Virus record (IMG/VR): IMGVR_UViG_3300017721_000936 | Location: 1-49,734 of that record | DNA length: 49,734 nt | From: a virus | Lineage: Duplodnaviria > Caudoviricetes | Strand: one strand, 5' to 3' | Part shown: one piece after another, positions 18,707 to 28,026 of the stretch | Position numbering within the stretch: position 1 is the first letter of the stretch | Layout of the letters: each line of letters opens with the position of its first letter | Program-made: the position numbers and the translations under genes | The notes under the pieces: generated by a model | Databases searched by the model: none | Told to the model about the DNA's origin: nothing | The model's input: only the letters and a program-made list of their open reading frames with translations

Positions 18707-19021
18707 TTATTTTGTTTCTTCCTCCTCATCTTCAAGCTTTTTCTGTTTCATTTCTTTCAGCTTCTGGTTCATTGCTCGCATATGATGTTGACCAGTTGCC
18801 AGACCTCTGAATGGTCCAAGCAATGAACAAATTTTGCAAATGACATCAGCAAGAGAACTCGAGACATAAATCACCTCAAGCGTGTCATCAACTTCTTCTC
18901 CGCAGATTTCACAGGTGGGCTGAATTGCTACACTATTGTATGTGTCCTTCATCCCAGATGCCCTCCTCAACTTCATATGGAACAAAAACGCAATCATATG
19001 TGCGCCAAGTCCCATCGGCAA
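18707..19021 (-). CDS. Small Zn-ribbon-like protein
   Basis: CEIC...CKIC; the real start is probably internal (MKDTYN). Confidence 0.5.
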   Translation of the reverse strand: MPMGLGAHMIAFLFHMKLRRASGMKDTYNSVAIQPTCEICGEEVDDTLEVIYVSSSLADVICKICSLLGPFRGLATGQHHMRAMNQKLKEMKQKKLEDEEEETK

Positions 19022-19136
19022 AATATTCTACCTCACCACAACCAGAAAGCCATTCGACAATCAAAACAGCAATCAATGTTCCGACAACAGCCATGGCTGA
19101 CATCTCAAGAAATAATTTCATAAATTTAACTGCCAT
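18933..19136 (-). CDS. Small membrane protein
   Basis: 67 aa, one hydrophobic helix followed by WLSGCGE...DCVFVP. Confidence 0.55.
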   Translation of the reverse strand: MAVKFMKLFLEMSAMAVVGTLIAVLIVEWLSGCGEVEYFADGTWRTYDCVFVPYEVEEGIWDEGHIQ

Positions 19137-19139
19137 GAC

Positions 19140-19394
19140 TCACCCCACTGCCAATGCTGATATTCTGCTGAAGTCAATGCAGAGATGTTTGTTGCCATTC
19201 CGGAGCCAAAGTGACTCAAGCTTGAAACCTCTCGCCTTTTCAACTTTCAGCATGGGGTGACCATCTTCTTGCCACTTCTTGTATATTGGCGGAAGTATGT
19301 CGTGAGCAGTTCGCCCATGTGTGATGCGGACAGTCATGCCCGCACCCAACATATTTTCGATCCATTCGAGTTTGTCTTTTGCATCCATACTCAT
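19140..19394 (-). CDS. Hypothetical protein
   Basis: 84 aa with AGGAGG RBS. Confidence 0.55.
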   Translation of the reverse strand: MSMDAKDKLEWIENMLGAGMTVRITHGRTAHDILPPIYKKWQEDGHPMLKVEKARGFKLESLWLRNGNKHLCIDFSRISALAVG

Positions 19395-19403
19395 GCCACC
19401 CTC

Positions 19404-19964
19404 CTAAAAGTTGTAATCATGAAATTTGTATGGCTCTTGAGAAAGAGTATGGCGACCATAGCAGGACTTCCACCCTTTCTTGCCCAAGCGCATGCGGACA
19501 ACTTCTGCTTCCGGAGCAGATCTGTAGATCCAAGTTTGCTCGCCTTGATTGATGCAGTGACCAGCGAAGCCTCCAGGAACAAACTCTGGAGCAAAGTCTT
19601 CGTCTCTTTCTGCAATCATCGGGCGAACTTCAATGGTCTTGTCGGAAACAACCCGAACAATCTCAAAAGGCTTGCAGTCGGAAAACATCTGCAGGTTAGC
19701 AAACTCATAATCAATTGCTTCAACTTTGAATGTGTGAAGGATTGTTCCGAGTTTGGTTTGGTCAACTGCGGAGAGTTTTGTTATCGCGTCTTGGGCATCT
19801 TTCTCATTTGAAAAAGAAGAGCCGCGCTCAGCAGAGATTGAGTCGTAGATTTTGCCACGCTGAACAGATTCCTCAACATTGACATATTCTTCACCGAAGT
19901 CCATGATTTCACCTTCATGAGTTCTCATGGTCTTGGTGGTCTTGATATAAAAAACAGTATACAT
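19404..19964 (-). CDS. Hypothetical early protein
   Basis: ATG at 19964 follows TGAGAAAGGA; the longer ORF-track version runs through the promoter region. C-terminus ..PFEIVRVVSDKTIEVR..PGGFAGHC..FHDYNF. Confidence 0.65.
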   Translation of the reverse strand: MYTVFYIKTTKTMRTHEGEIMDFGEEYVNVEESVQRGKIYDSISAERGSSFSNEKDAQDAITKLSAVDQTKLGTILHTFKVEAIDYEFANLQMFSDCKPFEIVRVVSDKTIEVRPMIAERDEDFAPEFVPGGFAGHCINQGEQTWIYRSAPEAEVVRMRLGKKGWKSCYGRHTLSQEPYKFHDYNF

Positions 19965-19971
19965 ATTTGGT

Positions 19972-20044
19972 TCCTTTCTCAGTAGCGCAAGAGAGCCACC
20001 TCTCTTACTAATAAGATTATCTCTTATTTTTTCGGAAAAGGCAA
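19972..20044 (-). promoter_or_regulatory. Promoter-hairpin-RBS cassette, copy 1
   Basis: TTGCCT-N17-GATAAT with AAATAAGA before the -10, then hairpin taagagag-gtgg-ctctcttg, then TGAGAAAGGA. Confidence 0.75.
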
Positions 20045-20245
20045 CAAAAAAGTAACACCGCAACAAAAAAGTTTCCAGACTCTGGTTTCGGTTTCCCCAG
20101 ACTTTTGAGACTGGTTTCGCCAGCAATCTCCTGTAATCCTTGAACATTTCACAACCCGAAACCAACGAAACCACAAATCAAGAAATTTTTGCGATTAAAA
20201 TTTTTTTCTTGAAATATTTTCCTTATAGTAATAAGAAAAATCACC
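20041..20245. repeat. Iteron-like repeats plus AT-rich tract (candidate origin)
   Basis: GCAACAAAAAAGT x2 (20041, 20060); GGTTTC[G/C] at 20084, 20090, 20113; inverted CGAAACC at 20157, 20166; AT-rich ~20176-20245. Confidence 0.55.
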
Positions 20246-20273
20246 GATAGTCGTCTTCTTTGAAAAATTCTTC

Positions 20274-20321
20274 TTGCCTCGGCAACCGACTTGGGGCATA
20301 GTAAGCATACTTGAGAAAGGA
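20274..20321 (+). promoter_or_regulatory. Rightward promoter and RBS of the replication arm
   Basis: TTGCCT-N17-CATAGT followed by TGAGAAAGGA before ATG 20327. Confidence 0.6.
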
Positions 20322-20326
20322 GCCAA

Positions 20327-20614
20327 ATGTTGAAATGTGTCAACTGTAATTCAGTCGAGCTGACCAAAACCAAATCAACACAGACCGCAGACCATGTAAT
20401 ATGCAACTACATCTGCGCATCATGTGGCATAGAATTCACTGCAGTGATTGGGGAGGTAAATGAAATGACTGAAGAGATTGTGTTGGCTGTTAACGATTCA
20501 CTGAATGAATCAATTGACCCATTGGCAATTGTTCACATCGATGATGAAGATGATGACACAGACCACTGGACTGCTCTTGCAGGATATTTTGACGCCAAGC
20601 TTCTGAAAAATTGA
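20327..20614 (+). CDS. Zn-ribbon protein (Ogr/Delta-like pattern)
   Basis: CVNCNS...YICASCGIEF, acidic tail; first gene of the arm. Confidence 0.55.
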   Translation: MLKCVNCNSVELTKTKSTQTADHVICNYICASCGIEFTAVIGEVNEMTEEIVLAVNDSLNESIDPLAIVHIDDEDDDTDHWTALAGYFDAKLLKN

Positions 20615-20626
20615 GAAAGGATAATT

Positions 20627-21013
20627 ATGCCCAAAGTATTCGTAGTCAACCGACCAATTGAAAACAAGTTCGGTTGGACTCCAGATTTGTCTGACGCCAG
20701 TCGTTATGGTTCGCTTGAAGTAATTTTTGAAGCCAACGACAGACCGCAGTTCCTTCCTGGACCAGCAGTTCAAAAGGCACGTCGGATTATGAAGGACTTC
20801 GGACCAGAGGATTATATTCTTTGGCCAGGAGGTGGTGACCCAATCGCTGTCATGATTGCATGCATGATTGCCAGCGAGCAGTCACCAATTGTACGCGTTC
20901 TCAGGTGGGAGCGCAATAACGAGCAAGGTGAAAGGGATCGCCGCAAAGGGTGGTATATGCCTGTAGCCTTGGAACTGAGAAAGGTAGATAAAGATGAGTA
21001 TCAATCTGCTTGA
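20627..21013 (+). CDS. Conserved hypothetical phage protein
   Basis: 128 aa with TGAGAAAGGA RBS; DYILWPGGGDPIA motif. Confidence 0.65.
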   Translation: MPKVFVVNRPIENKFGWTPDLSDASRYGSLEVIFEANDRPQFLPGPAVQKARRIMKDFGPEDYILWPGGGDPIAVMIACMIASEQSPIVRVLRWERNNEQGERDRRKGWYMPVALELRKVDKDEYQSA

Positions 21014-21581
21014 GGATGTGGCACCAGCATCCAACGAACTTGGTGCAGTCGCTGACCTCGCTCAAAAGATGCACGATCTCGAAAATGAGATTGTGGATCT
21101 TGAAAAGCAAGTGAAAGCAAAAAAGCAGGCTTTGACGCAAATAGCCGAACAGGACTTGCCTGACCTAATGCAAGAACTGAACATAAGAGATTTCACTCTT
21201 ACCAATGGCGCAAAAGTCGAAGTCAAAGAAGTAGTGTCTGGTTCAATTCCATCCAACTCTGCAATCGACAGATGCAAAGATGACATGGACAAAGCAGGCA
21301 TGCAACTTAGACAAGAGCAGTGCTTTGATTACCTACGGGAACAAGGTGCTGGCGCACTCATTAAGAGCAATGTCGAAGTTCAGTTTGGTCGTGAAGAAGA
21401 CGACCAATGCAACCAGTTTGTGAAAGAATTGCAAGACCGCAAAATGTTTTACAAACGCAACATCGGAGTGCACCCTGCCTCGCTCAACTCTTACATCCGT
21501 GAGCAGTTGGAAGCTGGCAAGAACATTCCCCACGACCTTTTCAAATTGTATGAAGGTCGTAGAGCCAACATTAGGAGGTAA
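20994..21581 (+). CDS. Conserved replication-module protein
   Basis: 195 aa, coiled coil then LPDLMQEL...FTL.NG...VHPASLNSY. Confidence 0.65.
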   Translation: MSINLLEDVAPASNELGAVADLAQKMHDLENEIVDLEKQVKAKKQALTQIAEQDLPDLMQELNIRDFTLTNGAKVEVKEVVSGSIPSNSAIDRCKDDMDKAGMQLRQEQCFDYLREQGAGALIKSNVEVQFGREEDDQCNQFVKELQDRKMFYKRNIGVHPASLNSYIREQLEAGKNIPHDLFKLYEGRRANIRR

Positions 21582-21587
21582 CTTGAA

Positions 21588-22403
21588 ATGGCTGAAACGA
21601 AAAAGACTGAGGTCGCTGAAAAGAAGGCGACTGCCGTAACCAACGCAATCGATCCATCCTTGCTGCTTGAGGACGCTGGCACAGCTGCCGAAAACATGAC
21701 GCAAGATGACATGATGATTCCCCGCATCTCAATACTGCAAAGCATGAGCAAGCAGCTGATTGAAGGCAAGCCCGAATACATTGAAAATTCAAAGGCTGGT
21801 CAGATTTTTGAGAATGTGGATAAGTCAGTGATTGATGGCAAAAAGGGCATCACAGTTGTTCCTGTGAGTTATCGCAGAGCATATGTTGAATGGTTGCCCG
21901 ACCGCAAAGGAATCGTCACAGACCATGGATCTGATAGCAAGTGTCTTGAAGGTTGTGAGAATGTCAAAGGCATTCACATTACCCCAGATGGCAATGAGAT
22001 TATCACCAATGGTGAATATTTTGTTTTTGTTGTGAACAAAGATGGATTTTATCCTGCACTCATTTCTATGAACAAAAGTCAATTGAAAAAGTCCAAACGC
22101 TGGAACTCAATGATAAATCGTTTGAGCATCCCACATCCGAATGGAAATGGCTCAATCAATCCAGCAATGTTCTGGACATCATACACTTTGACGACTGTCC
22201 CAGAAAGTAACGACGACGGACATTGGTTTGGGTGGGACATCAAAATGATGTATGACGCACAGTCTGGTGGCATCCTTGAAAATCTGCCCAATGGCGCAGA
22301 TATTTATATGGCTGCTCGTGATTTCCGTCAGCGCATTGCTGACAACCAAGTCCAAGCAACACCTGAGACTGCTGATGAAGAATCCGACGCAGAAGTAATG
22401 TAG
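21588..22403 (+). CDS. Putative ssDNA-binding/annealing protein
   Basis: 271 aa, DMMIPRISILQSMS, YVEW, SKRWNSM, WFGW; acidic C-terminal tail (ETADEESDAEVM); upstream of the primase. Confidence 0.55.
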   Translation: MAETKKTEVAEKKATAVTNAIDPSLLLEDAGTAAENMTQDDMMIPRISILQSMSKQLIEGKPEYIENSKAGQIFENVDKSVIDGKKGITVVPVSYRRAYVEWLPDRKGIVTDHGSDSKCLEGCENVKGIHITPDGNEIITNGEYFVFVVNKDGFYPALISMNKSQLKKSKRWNSMINRLSIPHPNGNGSINPAMFWTSYTLTTVPESNDDGHWFGWDIKMMYDAQSGGILENLPNGADIYMAARDFRQRIADNQVQATPETADEESDAEVM

Positions 22404-22410
22404 TCGGTTT

Positions 22411-22451
22411 GGGGAGGTGGTTCTCCTATGCCACCTCCCCTTTTATTCTTT
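22411..22451 (+). terminator. Rho-independent terminator
   Basis: GGGGAGGTGG-N10-CCACCTCCCC followed by TTTTATTCTTT. Confidence 0.8.
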
Positions 22452-22461
22452 GGAGGCAATC

Positions 22462-23994
22462 ATGGACAACATAAAAAGATTTATGGACTTGTTCCGTGGC
22501 TATGAGTTGGCACATGGACAATACAGAGTCCAACAAGAAGAAGCAGACGGAAAGATGTCTGGGCGTGCACTGACACTTAGCGAACCAGCAACAAAAGTCC
22601 ACTACTCTGAACACCTTGAAGGTAAAGATTATATCCTCGGCATCATTATGTTGAGGCAAGACAACTCATGCAATTTTGGGGTGATTGACGTTGACATTCG
22701 TGGCGAAGTCAAACTGAAGCACACCCTTGAAGAATTAGAAGAAAAGATTCGTGAAACTCCATTGGTGATGTGCCGTAGTAAGTCGGGTGGTGCGCACCTT
22801 TATTTATTTTGTGAACCAGCTATTGCAGCCATTGATATGGTCAACAAGCTGAATGAATTTGCGGCATCTCTGGGCTATGGTGGGGCTGAGATTTTCCCCA
22901 AGCAAATAACTCGTGCCAATGAGCGTGACAGAGGCAACTGGATAAACCTAGCATATTGGGGTGGTGACGAATCTGAGCGTTATGCAATTCATGAAGGCAA
23001 AAAACTGAAGCTGAAAGAATTTTTGGATCTGGCTGAGAAGAAGCGTGTCACCTACGAACAACTCGAAGCATTCAAGCCAGAGTTGATAAATTTATTTGAC
23101 GATGGACCACCATGCCTTCAACACATAATGACAATGGGCTTTCCAGAAGGTGGCAGAAACATTTCTTTGTTCAATGTGGGCGTTTATTACCGCAAGAAAA
23201 ATCCAGACGATTGGCAAGAAGACCTCATGCGTTTCAATTATGAGAATCTTCCTGAACCACTTCCCAGTGGTGAGGTCAATGGACTCATCAAATCAGTTTC
23301 AAAAAAAGATTACGCATACACATGCAAACAATCACCTATTTGCAACTACTGCGAGAAAAACAAATGCAAGACTCGCCAGTTTGGAGTTGGAGGAACATTT
23401 TCCGGAGTTGCCATCGAAATATCTTCAATCACCAAATATGAAACTGAGAACAGATCGTCAGTGCGTTGGTATGTTGAAATTGGCGGCGAGCGCATTGAAG
23501 TGACAACTGAGCAAATGCTTGACCAGCGCAAGCTGCAAAAACTTTGTGTTGAGAAGTTGAACAAATGCCCCAATGTCATGCCAGCAGTTCAATGGGAATC
23601 TCGAATCAATGAATTGTTGAATACTGTTGAGGTGATTCAAGACCCAGACGATGCCAGTCCACAAGGACAATTTGAAAAGATGCTTGACTCATTCTTGACA
23701 GGCAAAGTCCAAGCACGCCATCGTGATGAGATAATGAATGCCAAGCCATGGCACGACACCGATGAAAGCAAAGTATATTTCCGCTCTGAAGATCTGTTCA
23801 TATACCTTGAGGCTCGCCGCTTCAGATATCCTTCCCAGCACCAAGTGTGGTCATGGTTGCGGAATCTTGGCGGTGACAGAAAAACATTCCGAATCAAAAG
23901 TAAAGCAGTAAAAGTCTGGTCTGTTCCTGCTCCTGATTTCTTTGATGATGAGGATTTAGAATTGCCAACAAATGTTTCGGAGGAGTTTATGTAA
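22462..23994 (+). CDS. AEP-family primase with a PriCT-like C-terminal domain
   Basis: FGVIDVD (DxD), CRSKSGGAHLYLF, EIFPKQ, PPCL...EGGRNISLF...PLPSGEV; ATG at 22462 after GGAGG. Confidence 0.8.
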   Translation: MDNIKRFMDLFRGYELAHGQYRVQQEEADGKMSGRALTLSEPATKVHYSEHLEGKDYILGIIMLRQDNSCNFGVIDVDIRGEVKLKHTLEELEEKIRETPLVMCRSKSGGAHLYLFCEPAIAAIDMVNKLNEFAASLGYGGAEIFPKQITRANERDRGNWINLAYWGGDESERYAIHEGKKLKLKEFLDLAEKKRVTYEQLEAFKPELINLFDDGPPCLQHIMTMGFPEGGRNISLFNVGVYYRKKNPDDWQEDLMRFNYENLPEPLPSGEVNGLIKSVSKKDYAYTCKQSPICNYCEKNKCKTRQFGVGGTFSGVAIEISSITKYETENRSSVRWYVEIGGERIEVTTEQMLDQRKLQKLCVEKLNKCPNVMPAVQWESRINELLNTVEVIQDPDDASPQGQFEKMLDSFLTGKVQARHRDEIMNAKPWHDTDESKVYFRSEDLFIYLEARRFRYPSQHQVWSWLRNLGGDRKTFRIKSKAVKVWSVPAPDFFDDEDLELPTNVSEEFM

Positions 23995-24224
23995 TGCCAA
24001 CTTATATTTCAGGATTCGAGAAAAAATATATCAAAGAGATTTTTGATGAATTGACAGAACAAGATTTGTCAAATTTGATTTACGATATTGACCAGCTGAC
24101 AGCGCACGGAAATTTCCCGACAAAAACATTTTTCAATGTTGATAGGCTGAAAAAATTTAGCAACAACATCAAACATTCAATAGACAAGAAAATTAAAAGC
24201 GCATGGAAAAAGAATGACATTTAG
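23994..24224 (+). CDS. Hypothetical protein
   Basis: 76 aa, TAATG coupling to the primase. Confidence 0.5.
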   Translation: MPTYISGFEKKYIKEIFDELTEQDLSNLIYDIDQLTAHGNFPTKTFFNVDRLKKFSNNIKHSIDKKIKSAWKKNDI

Positions 24225-24384
24225 TGGTGAATACGAAAATTTTTACGAAGAATATATTGATTGTGACTTTTGTGGTCAGATGACTCGTGGTAGAGTTTAC
24301 GATGATAAGCCCAACCAAGTTTACTGTGGCTCTTGCCATGGACTTTTGAGGTTGGTTAATGATGAGGTGGTGAAATCAAAATGA
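24214..24384 (+). CDS. Small Zn-finger protein (not in ORF track)
   Basis: MTFSGEYENFYEEYIDCDFCGQMTRGRVYDDKPNQVYCGSCHGLL...; two CxxC pairs; ATGA overlap with the next gene. Confidence 0.6.
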   Translation: MTFSGEYENFYEEYIDCDFCGQMTRGRVYDDKPNQVYCGSCHGLLRLVNDEVVKSK

Positions 24385-24623
24385 CTCAATATATTTACAT
24401 ATTGGTGCTCTTTTCTGGTGTGACATTTAGTGCTGAGTCAGAAATGATGTTGATGGAGGCAGAGTTGAGGCTTGATGCTGTTTCTTGCATGATAAAGGCT
24501 CAAGAGATAAATTCAAAGGCGACTGATGTTGATTCAACATATGCTGCGTGCTTTCCTGTTGTTTGGAGTTTTGAAGAGGACATTGACCCAAATATTTTGA
24601 ACAGAGAAGATGGCGTGAAATGA
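24381..24623 (+). CDS. Small two-Cys protein with hydrophobic N-terminus
   Basis: 80 aa; resembles 27811-28026. Confidence 0.55.
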   Translation: MTQYIYILVLFSGVTFSAESEMMLMEAELRLDAVSCMIKAQEINSKATDVDSTYAACFPVVWSFEEDIDPNILNREDGVK

Positions 24624-26080
24624 AGCGTGTGTCAATCATACTTGGACCACCAGGAACAGGCAAGACGACAACACTCTTACGAATTGTTGAGGATGCTTTG
24701 AATCGGGGAGTGCCTCCAGAGAGGATTGCTTACTTGGCATTCACCCGCAAAGCAGCATACGAAGCCCAAGAGCGTGCAATGGCACAGTTCGGTTTTGATG
24801 AGGATAGGTTTCCATATTTCCGGACGCTTCATTCTCTGGCATTCAAAGAGTTGGGCTTGCAGCGTGATGAAGTCATGACAGACTTGCACTATCGCAAAAT
24901 AGGCAAAGCCATGGGGATCGAGTTCAAAGGCATCTACGACGAACAAATAGGTTTGCATACTGGCTTCGGTCTCGGCGACAAATGTTCAAGAGTTGACTCT
25001 TTAGCTAGGGTGGGATTGAGGTCTTTGGATGAGCAGTGGAGATATTCGAACACTTCTGATTTGAATTATCATGCAGTGCGTCAATATTCAGAGTCGTTGA
25101 AAAAATATAAAGAAGACAGTGGGCTTCTGGACTTTACGGACATGCTCGCAAAATACAATTCACCATTGCCTGTGGACATATGCATCATTGATGAAGCGCA
25201 AGATTTGAGTTCGCTTCAATATCGCATGGCAATCAAGGCATCCTCCCTCGCTGAAGAGATTTACATAGCTGGCGATGATGACCAAGCGATCTTTGGGTGG
25301 GCTGGTGCAGATGTGACAAAATTTTTGAGCCTTAAAGGTGACAAGCACACACTGCCTCAAAGTTTCCGAATCCCACGCAAAGTCCACAAGCTGGCTTTCA
25401 AAATCCTAAGCAGGATCCAAAATAGATATGCTAAGCCATGGTCACCAAGAACAGACAATGGACAAGTGGCATATGTTTCTGATGAACAGCAAATAGATTT
25501 TTCAAAATTAGGAACATGGATGCTTTTGTCTCGCTCAAGATATTTGATGACTCGGTTTGAGAAGTCTCTGCGCCAGCAAGGTTACGCATACAACAAAGAT
25601 GGCAAGTCTTCTCTCGAATCAGATGAGACCGAAGCCATCACCAGTTGGGAAAGGTTGCGCAAAGGCGAGCCACTATCAGTCACAGATGCAAAGAACATAT
25701 CGCAGTTTTTGCCCAATGAACCAACTCTTGAAAATCTGCCAATGTATTTTGTGAATGATTTGGGATTGACAACTGAACACCTCAACTTTAATTGGATGGA
25801 TATTTTGAAGCGCATCAATGCGGAGGAGCGAGAATATTTGCGCTCTTGCTTGCGCAATGGAGAAAAGTTCAAAGCAAAGCCACGCATAACAATCTCGACA
25901 ATCCACCAATCCAAAGGTGGTGAAGCTGACCATGTGGCTTTGCTGACAGACATGGGAAAATTAAGCTGGGAGCAATCTCACACAGACGAGGAAAATAGAG
26001 TATGGTATGTGGCAGTGACAAGGGCAAAAGAGTCGCTGCATTTAGTTGCGCCAAGGACGCTAAAAAATTATGAGATATAA
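24620..26080 (+). CDS. UvrD/Rep-like superfamily 1 helicase
   Basis: GPPGTGKTT, YLAFTRKAA, FRTLHS, IIDEAQD, AGDDDQAIF, QSFR, STIHQSKGGEAD, YVAVTRAK. Confidence 0.92.
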   Translation: MKRVSIILGPPGTGKTTTLLRIVEDALNRGVPPERIAYLAFTRKAAYEAQERAMAQFGFDEDRFPYFRTLHSLAFKELGLQRDEVMTDLHYRKIGKAMGIEFKGIYDEQIGLHTGFGLGDKCSRVDSLARVGLRSLDEQWRYSNTSDLNYHAVRQYSESLKKYKEDSGLLDFTDMLAKYNSPLPVDICIIDEAQDLSSLQYRMAIKASSLAEEIYIAGDDDQAIFGWAGADVTKFLSLKGDKHTLPQSFRIPRKVHKLAFKILSRIQNRYAKPWSPRTDNGQVAYVSDEQQIDFSKLGTWMLLSRSRYLMTRFEKSLRQQGYAYNKDGKSSLESDETEAITSWERLRKGEPLSVTDAKNISQFLPNEPTLENLPMYFVNDLGLTTEHLNFNWMDILKRINAEEREYLRSCLRNGEKFKAKPRITISTIHQSKGGEADHVALLTDMGKLSWEQSHTDEENRVWYVAVTRAKESLHLVAPRTLKNYEI

Positions 26081-26177
26081 ACATTGGTTTTGGAACAGTT
26101 GGTTCATGATAAAATATTCGCAGCAATTGTCGAGATTCAAATCTTGGCTCTGGCACAAAATGTATAGCAGGTCATAA
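26070..26177 (+). CDS. Trp-rich micro-ORF (not in ORF track)
   Basis: MRYKHWFWNSWFMIKYSQQLSRFKSWLWHKMYSRS; overlaps the helicase stop. Confidence 0.4.
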   Translation: MRYKHWFWNSWFMIKYSQQLSRFKSWLWHKMYSRS

Positions 26178-26181
26178 CTTA

Positions 26182-26273
26182 TTGATATCATTGAGAAAGA
26201 AAATGCTTTTCTTTTTGTGCAAAATAAGAGATAATAAAGGTGTCGGGAAAAGTTTCCCGCATTTGAGAAAGGA
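26182..26273 (+). promoter_or_regulatory. Promoter-hairpin-RBS cassette, copy 2, with upstream 23-bp box
   Basis: TTGATATCATTGAGAAAGAAAAT (26182-26204), AAATAAGAGATAAT, hairpin cgggaaa/tttcccg, TGAGAAAGGA; the -35 is weak. Confidence 0.75.
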
Positions 26274-26279
26274 AATTAA

Positions 26280-26867
26280 ATGACACTAGCAATTGACATC
26301 AAAGCAGGACGCCTGCTTAAATACACATCCCGTGAGGTTGCCCACAAAATGGGTAACGGCAGAATCCTGTTTGATTCAGCTGAAGAACTTTTGCAAGATC
26401 GCAATACAACAATGCATGTTTTGGTTGAAGCATACAATGCAAACGCCAAGCGCAAAATTGAAAGATTTGAAAGCAAAAAAGTTGGTTGTGAGCGAATCTT
26501 CAAAATTGCTTCAGACCTTGAAATTGAACAAACACCATTTAAGGAAAAAGACATGGAAAGCAAACCAGTGAAGGCACTTGGTGAGATGCTTCGCTTCGGC
26601 AAGAAGGAAACCGAACCACAAGCCATCAACACAGAAGCTGTAAATGACAAACCAGTCAGCAAACGCAAATCAAGCTACGCAGGCAAAATATTGAAGTCAT
26701 TATGCACAGTCAACCCTCGTCGTGAAGCAACTCATGGCTTTCATTCAATGGGGATTCTGATTAATGCAGGTGCACCAATCAGTTTCGAATCATACATCGA
26801 GCAAGGTGGTCGCCTCAATGACTTGAAGTGGGACATCGAAAAAGGTCATGTGGAGGTTATTGACTGA
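26280..26867 (+). CDS. Hypothetical protein (possibly DNA-binding)
   Basis: 195 aa; C-terminal NPRRE.T.G...DLKWDIEKGHV; first gene after cassette 2. Confidence 0.65.
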   Translation: MTLAIDIKAGRLLKYTSREVAHKMGNGRILFDSAEELLQDRNTTMHVLVEAYNANAKRKIERFESKKVGCERIFKIASDLEIEQTPFKEKDMESKPVKALGEMLRFGKKETEPQAINTEAVNDKPVSKRKSSYAGKILKSLCTVNPRREATHGFHSMGILINAGAPISFESYIEQGGRLNDLKWDIEKGHVEVID

Positions 26868-27814
26868 TGTTGATATATGGCGCAGGTCTGGCTGGACTCT
26901 TATCAGCTAATATGTTCCGGAAATTTTCGCCGACAGTTATGGAGGCGCAAAGCGATCTTCCGAACAACCAGAGTGCACTTTTGCGCTTCAGGTCTGACAG
27001 AGTTGGCTCGGCTTGCGCCATCCCCTTCCGCAAGGTTAGGGTGCACAAAGCAATCAAATATGATGGGCGGTTGACAACATCACCCGACCTTCAACTATCA
27101 AACATGTATTCTCAAAAAGTGACTGGTTCAATTTTGAGCAGATCCATTAACAACCTTGATTCAGTTGACCGATACATCGCTCCGCTTGATTTGATTCAGC
27201 GCATGAGTGTCGGCATAGATATTGAATATGAATCTGAGTTGACTATTGATTCAATCAACCTTCATAGGCAAGCATGGTCTTGGCCAGAGGAACCAATCAT
27301 ATCTACAATCCCAATGCCAGCTTTGATGAAAATTGTAGGCTGGTCAAACATACCTAACTTTCCGCACCAGCAGATATGGACGCAGACCGCAACCATTGAT
27401 GAACCAGAGTGCGATGTTTACCAAACCATTTATTACCCCGACCCATTGACCGACCAATATCGCATATCAGTTATTGGCAATGTTGTAATATCTGAATTCA
27501 TTCGCGAACCAACAACCAACACAGGCAAGCACACAATGATTGCATTGCGTGAGGACTTTGGCATCGCAGCTAATAAGCTGGTCAATTTGAAAAACTCAAG
27601 CCAGAAATATGGCAAGATCCGCCCAATTGATGAAGCACTTCGCAAAGAATTCATTTACGAGATGACGGAAAAATACAACATCTATTCTGTCGGCAGGTTT
27701 GCCACTTGGCGCCAGCTGTTACTTGATGATGTTGTGACAGACATTCAGCACATAGAGAACTTCATTAATCTCAGGTCAAATTATGTCCGAGAGATGCACA
27801 AGGTGAAAGAATGA
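26867..27814 (+). CDS. FAD/NAD(P)-binding Rossmann-fold flavoprotein
   Basis: N-terminal IYGAGLAGLLSA...VMEA (GxGxxG plus beta2 Glu), IISTIPM, C-terminal IYSVGRFATWRQ, similar to the UDP-galactopyranose mutase/amine oxidase FAD-binding end. Confidence 0.75.
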   Translation: MLIYGAGLAGLLSANMFRKFSPTVMEAQSDLPNNQSALLRFRSDRVGSACAIPFRKVRVHKAIKYDGRLTTSPDLQLSNMYSQKVTGSILSRSINNLDSVDRYIAPLDLIQRMSVGIDIEYESELTIDSINLHRQAWSWPEEPIISTIPMPALMKIVGWSNIPNFPHQQIWTQTATIDEPECDVYQTIYYPDPLTDQYRISVIGNVVISEFIREPTTNTGKHTMIALREDFGIAANKLVNLKNSSQKYGKIRPIDEALRKEFIYEMTEKYNIYSVGRFATWRQLLLDDVVTDIQHIENFINLRSNYVREMHKVKE

Positions 27815-28026
27815 CTTTGAAGATGCTTTATGTGCTTTTTATTTTTGAGCACAGCGAAGGTCATGATATGAAAATTCATACTGCTCGCTGGTTTAAAAGT
27901 CCGATGGCTTGCATACAAAGAGCCATCAACCACAACTCCCATTCAGATGGGGATTTTGCGGCATGCATGCCGATAATTGGAGAAAGGAATGAAGATGAAA
28001 GTGGAACTTATAAATTGTACAAGTGA
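27811..28026 (+). CDS. Small two-Cys protein with hydrophobic N-terminus
   Basis: 71 aa, ATGA coupling; resembles 24381-24623. Confidence 0.5.
   Translation: MTLKMLYVLFIFEHSEGHDMKIHTARWFKSPMACIQRAINHNSHSDGDFAACMPIIGERNEDESGTYKLYK

Noticed and set aside
19965-20174. N-terminal 70 aa of the ORF-track protein 19404..20174
   Set aside because: It runs through the promoter and repeat region; the RBS points to ATG 19964.
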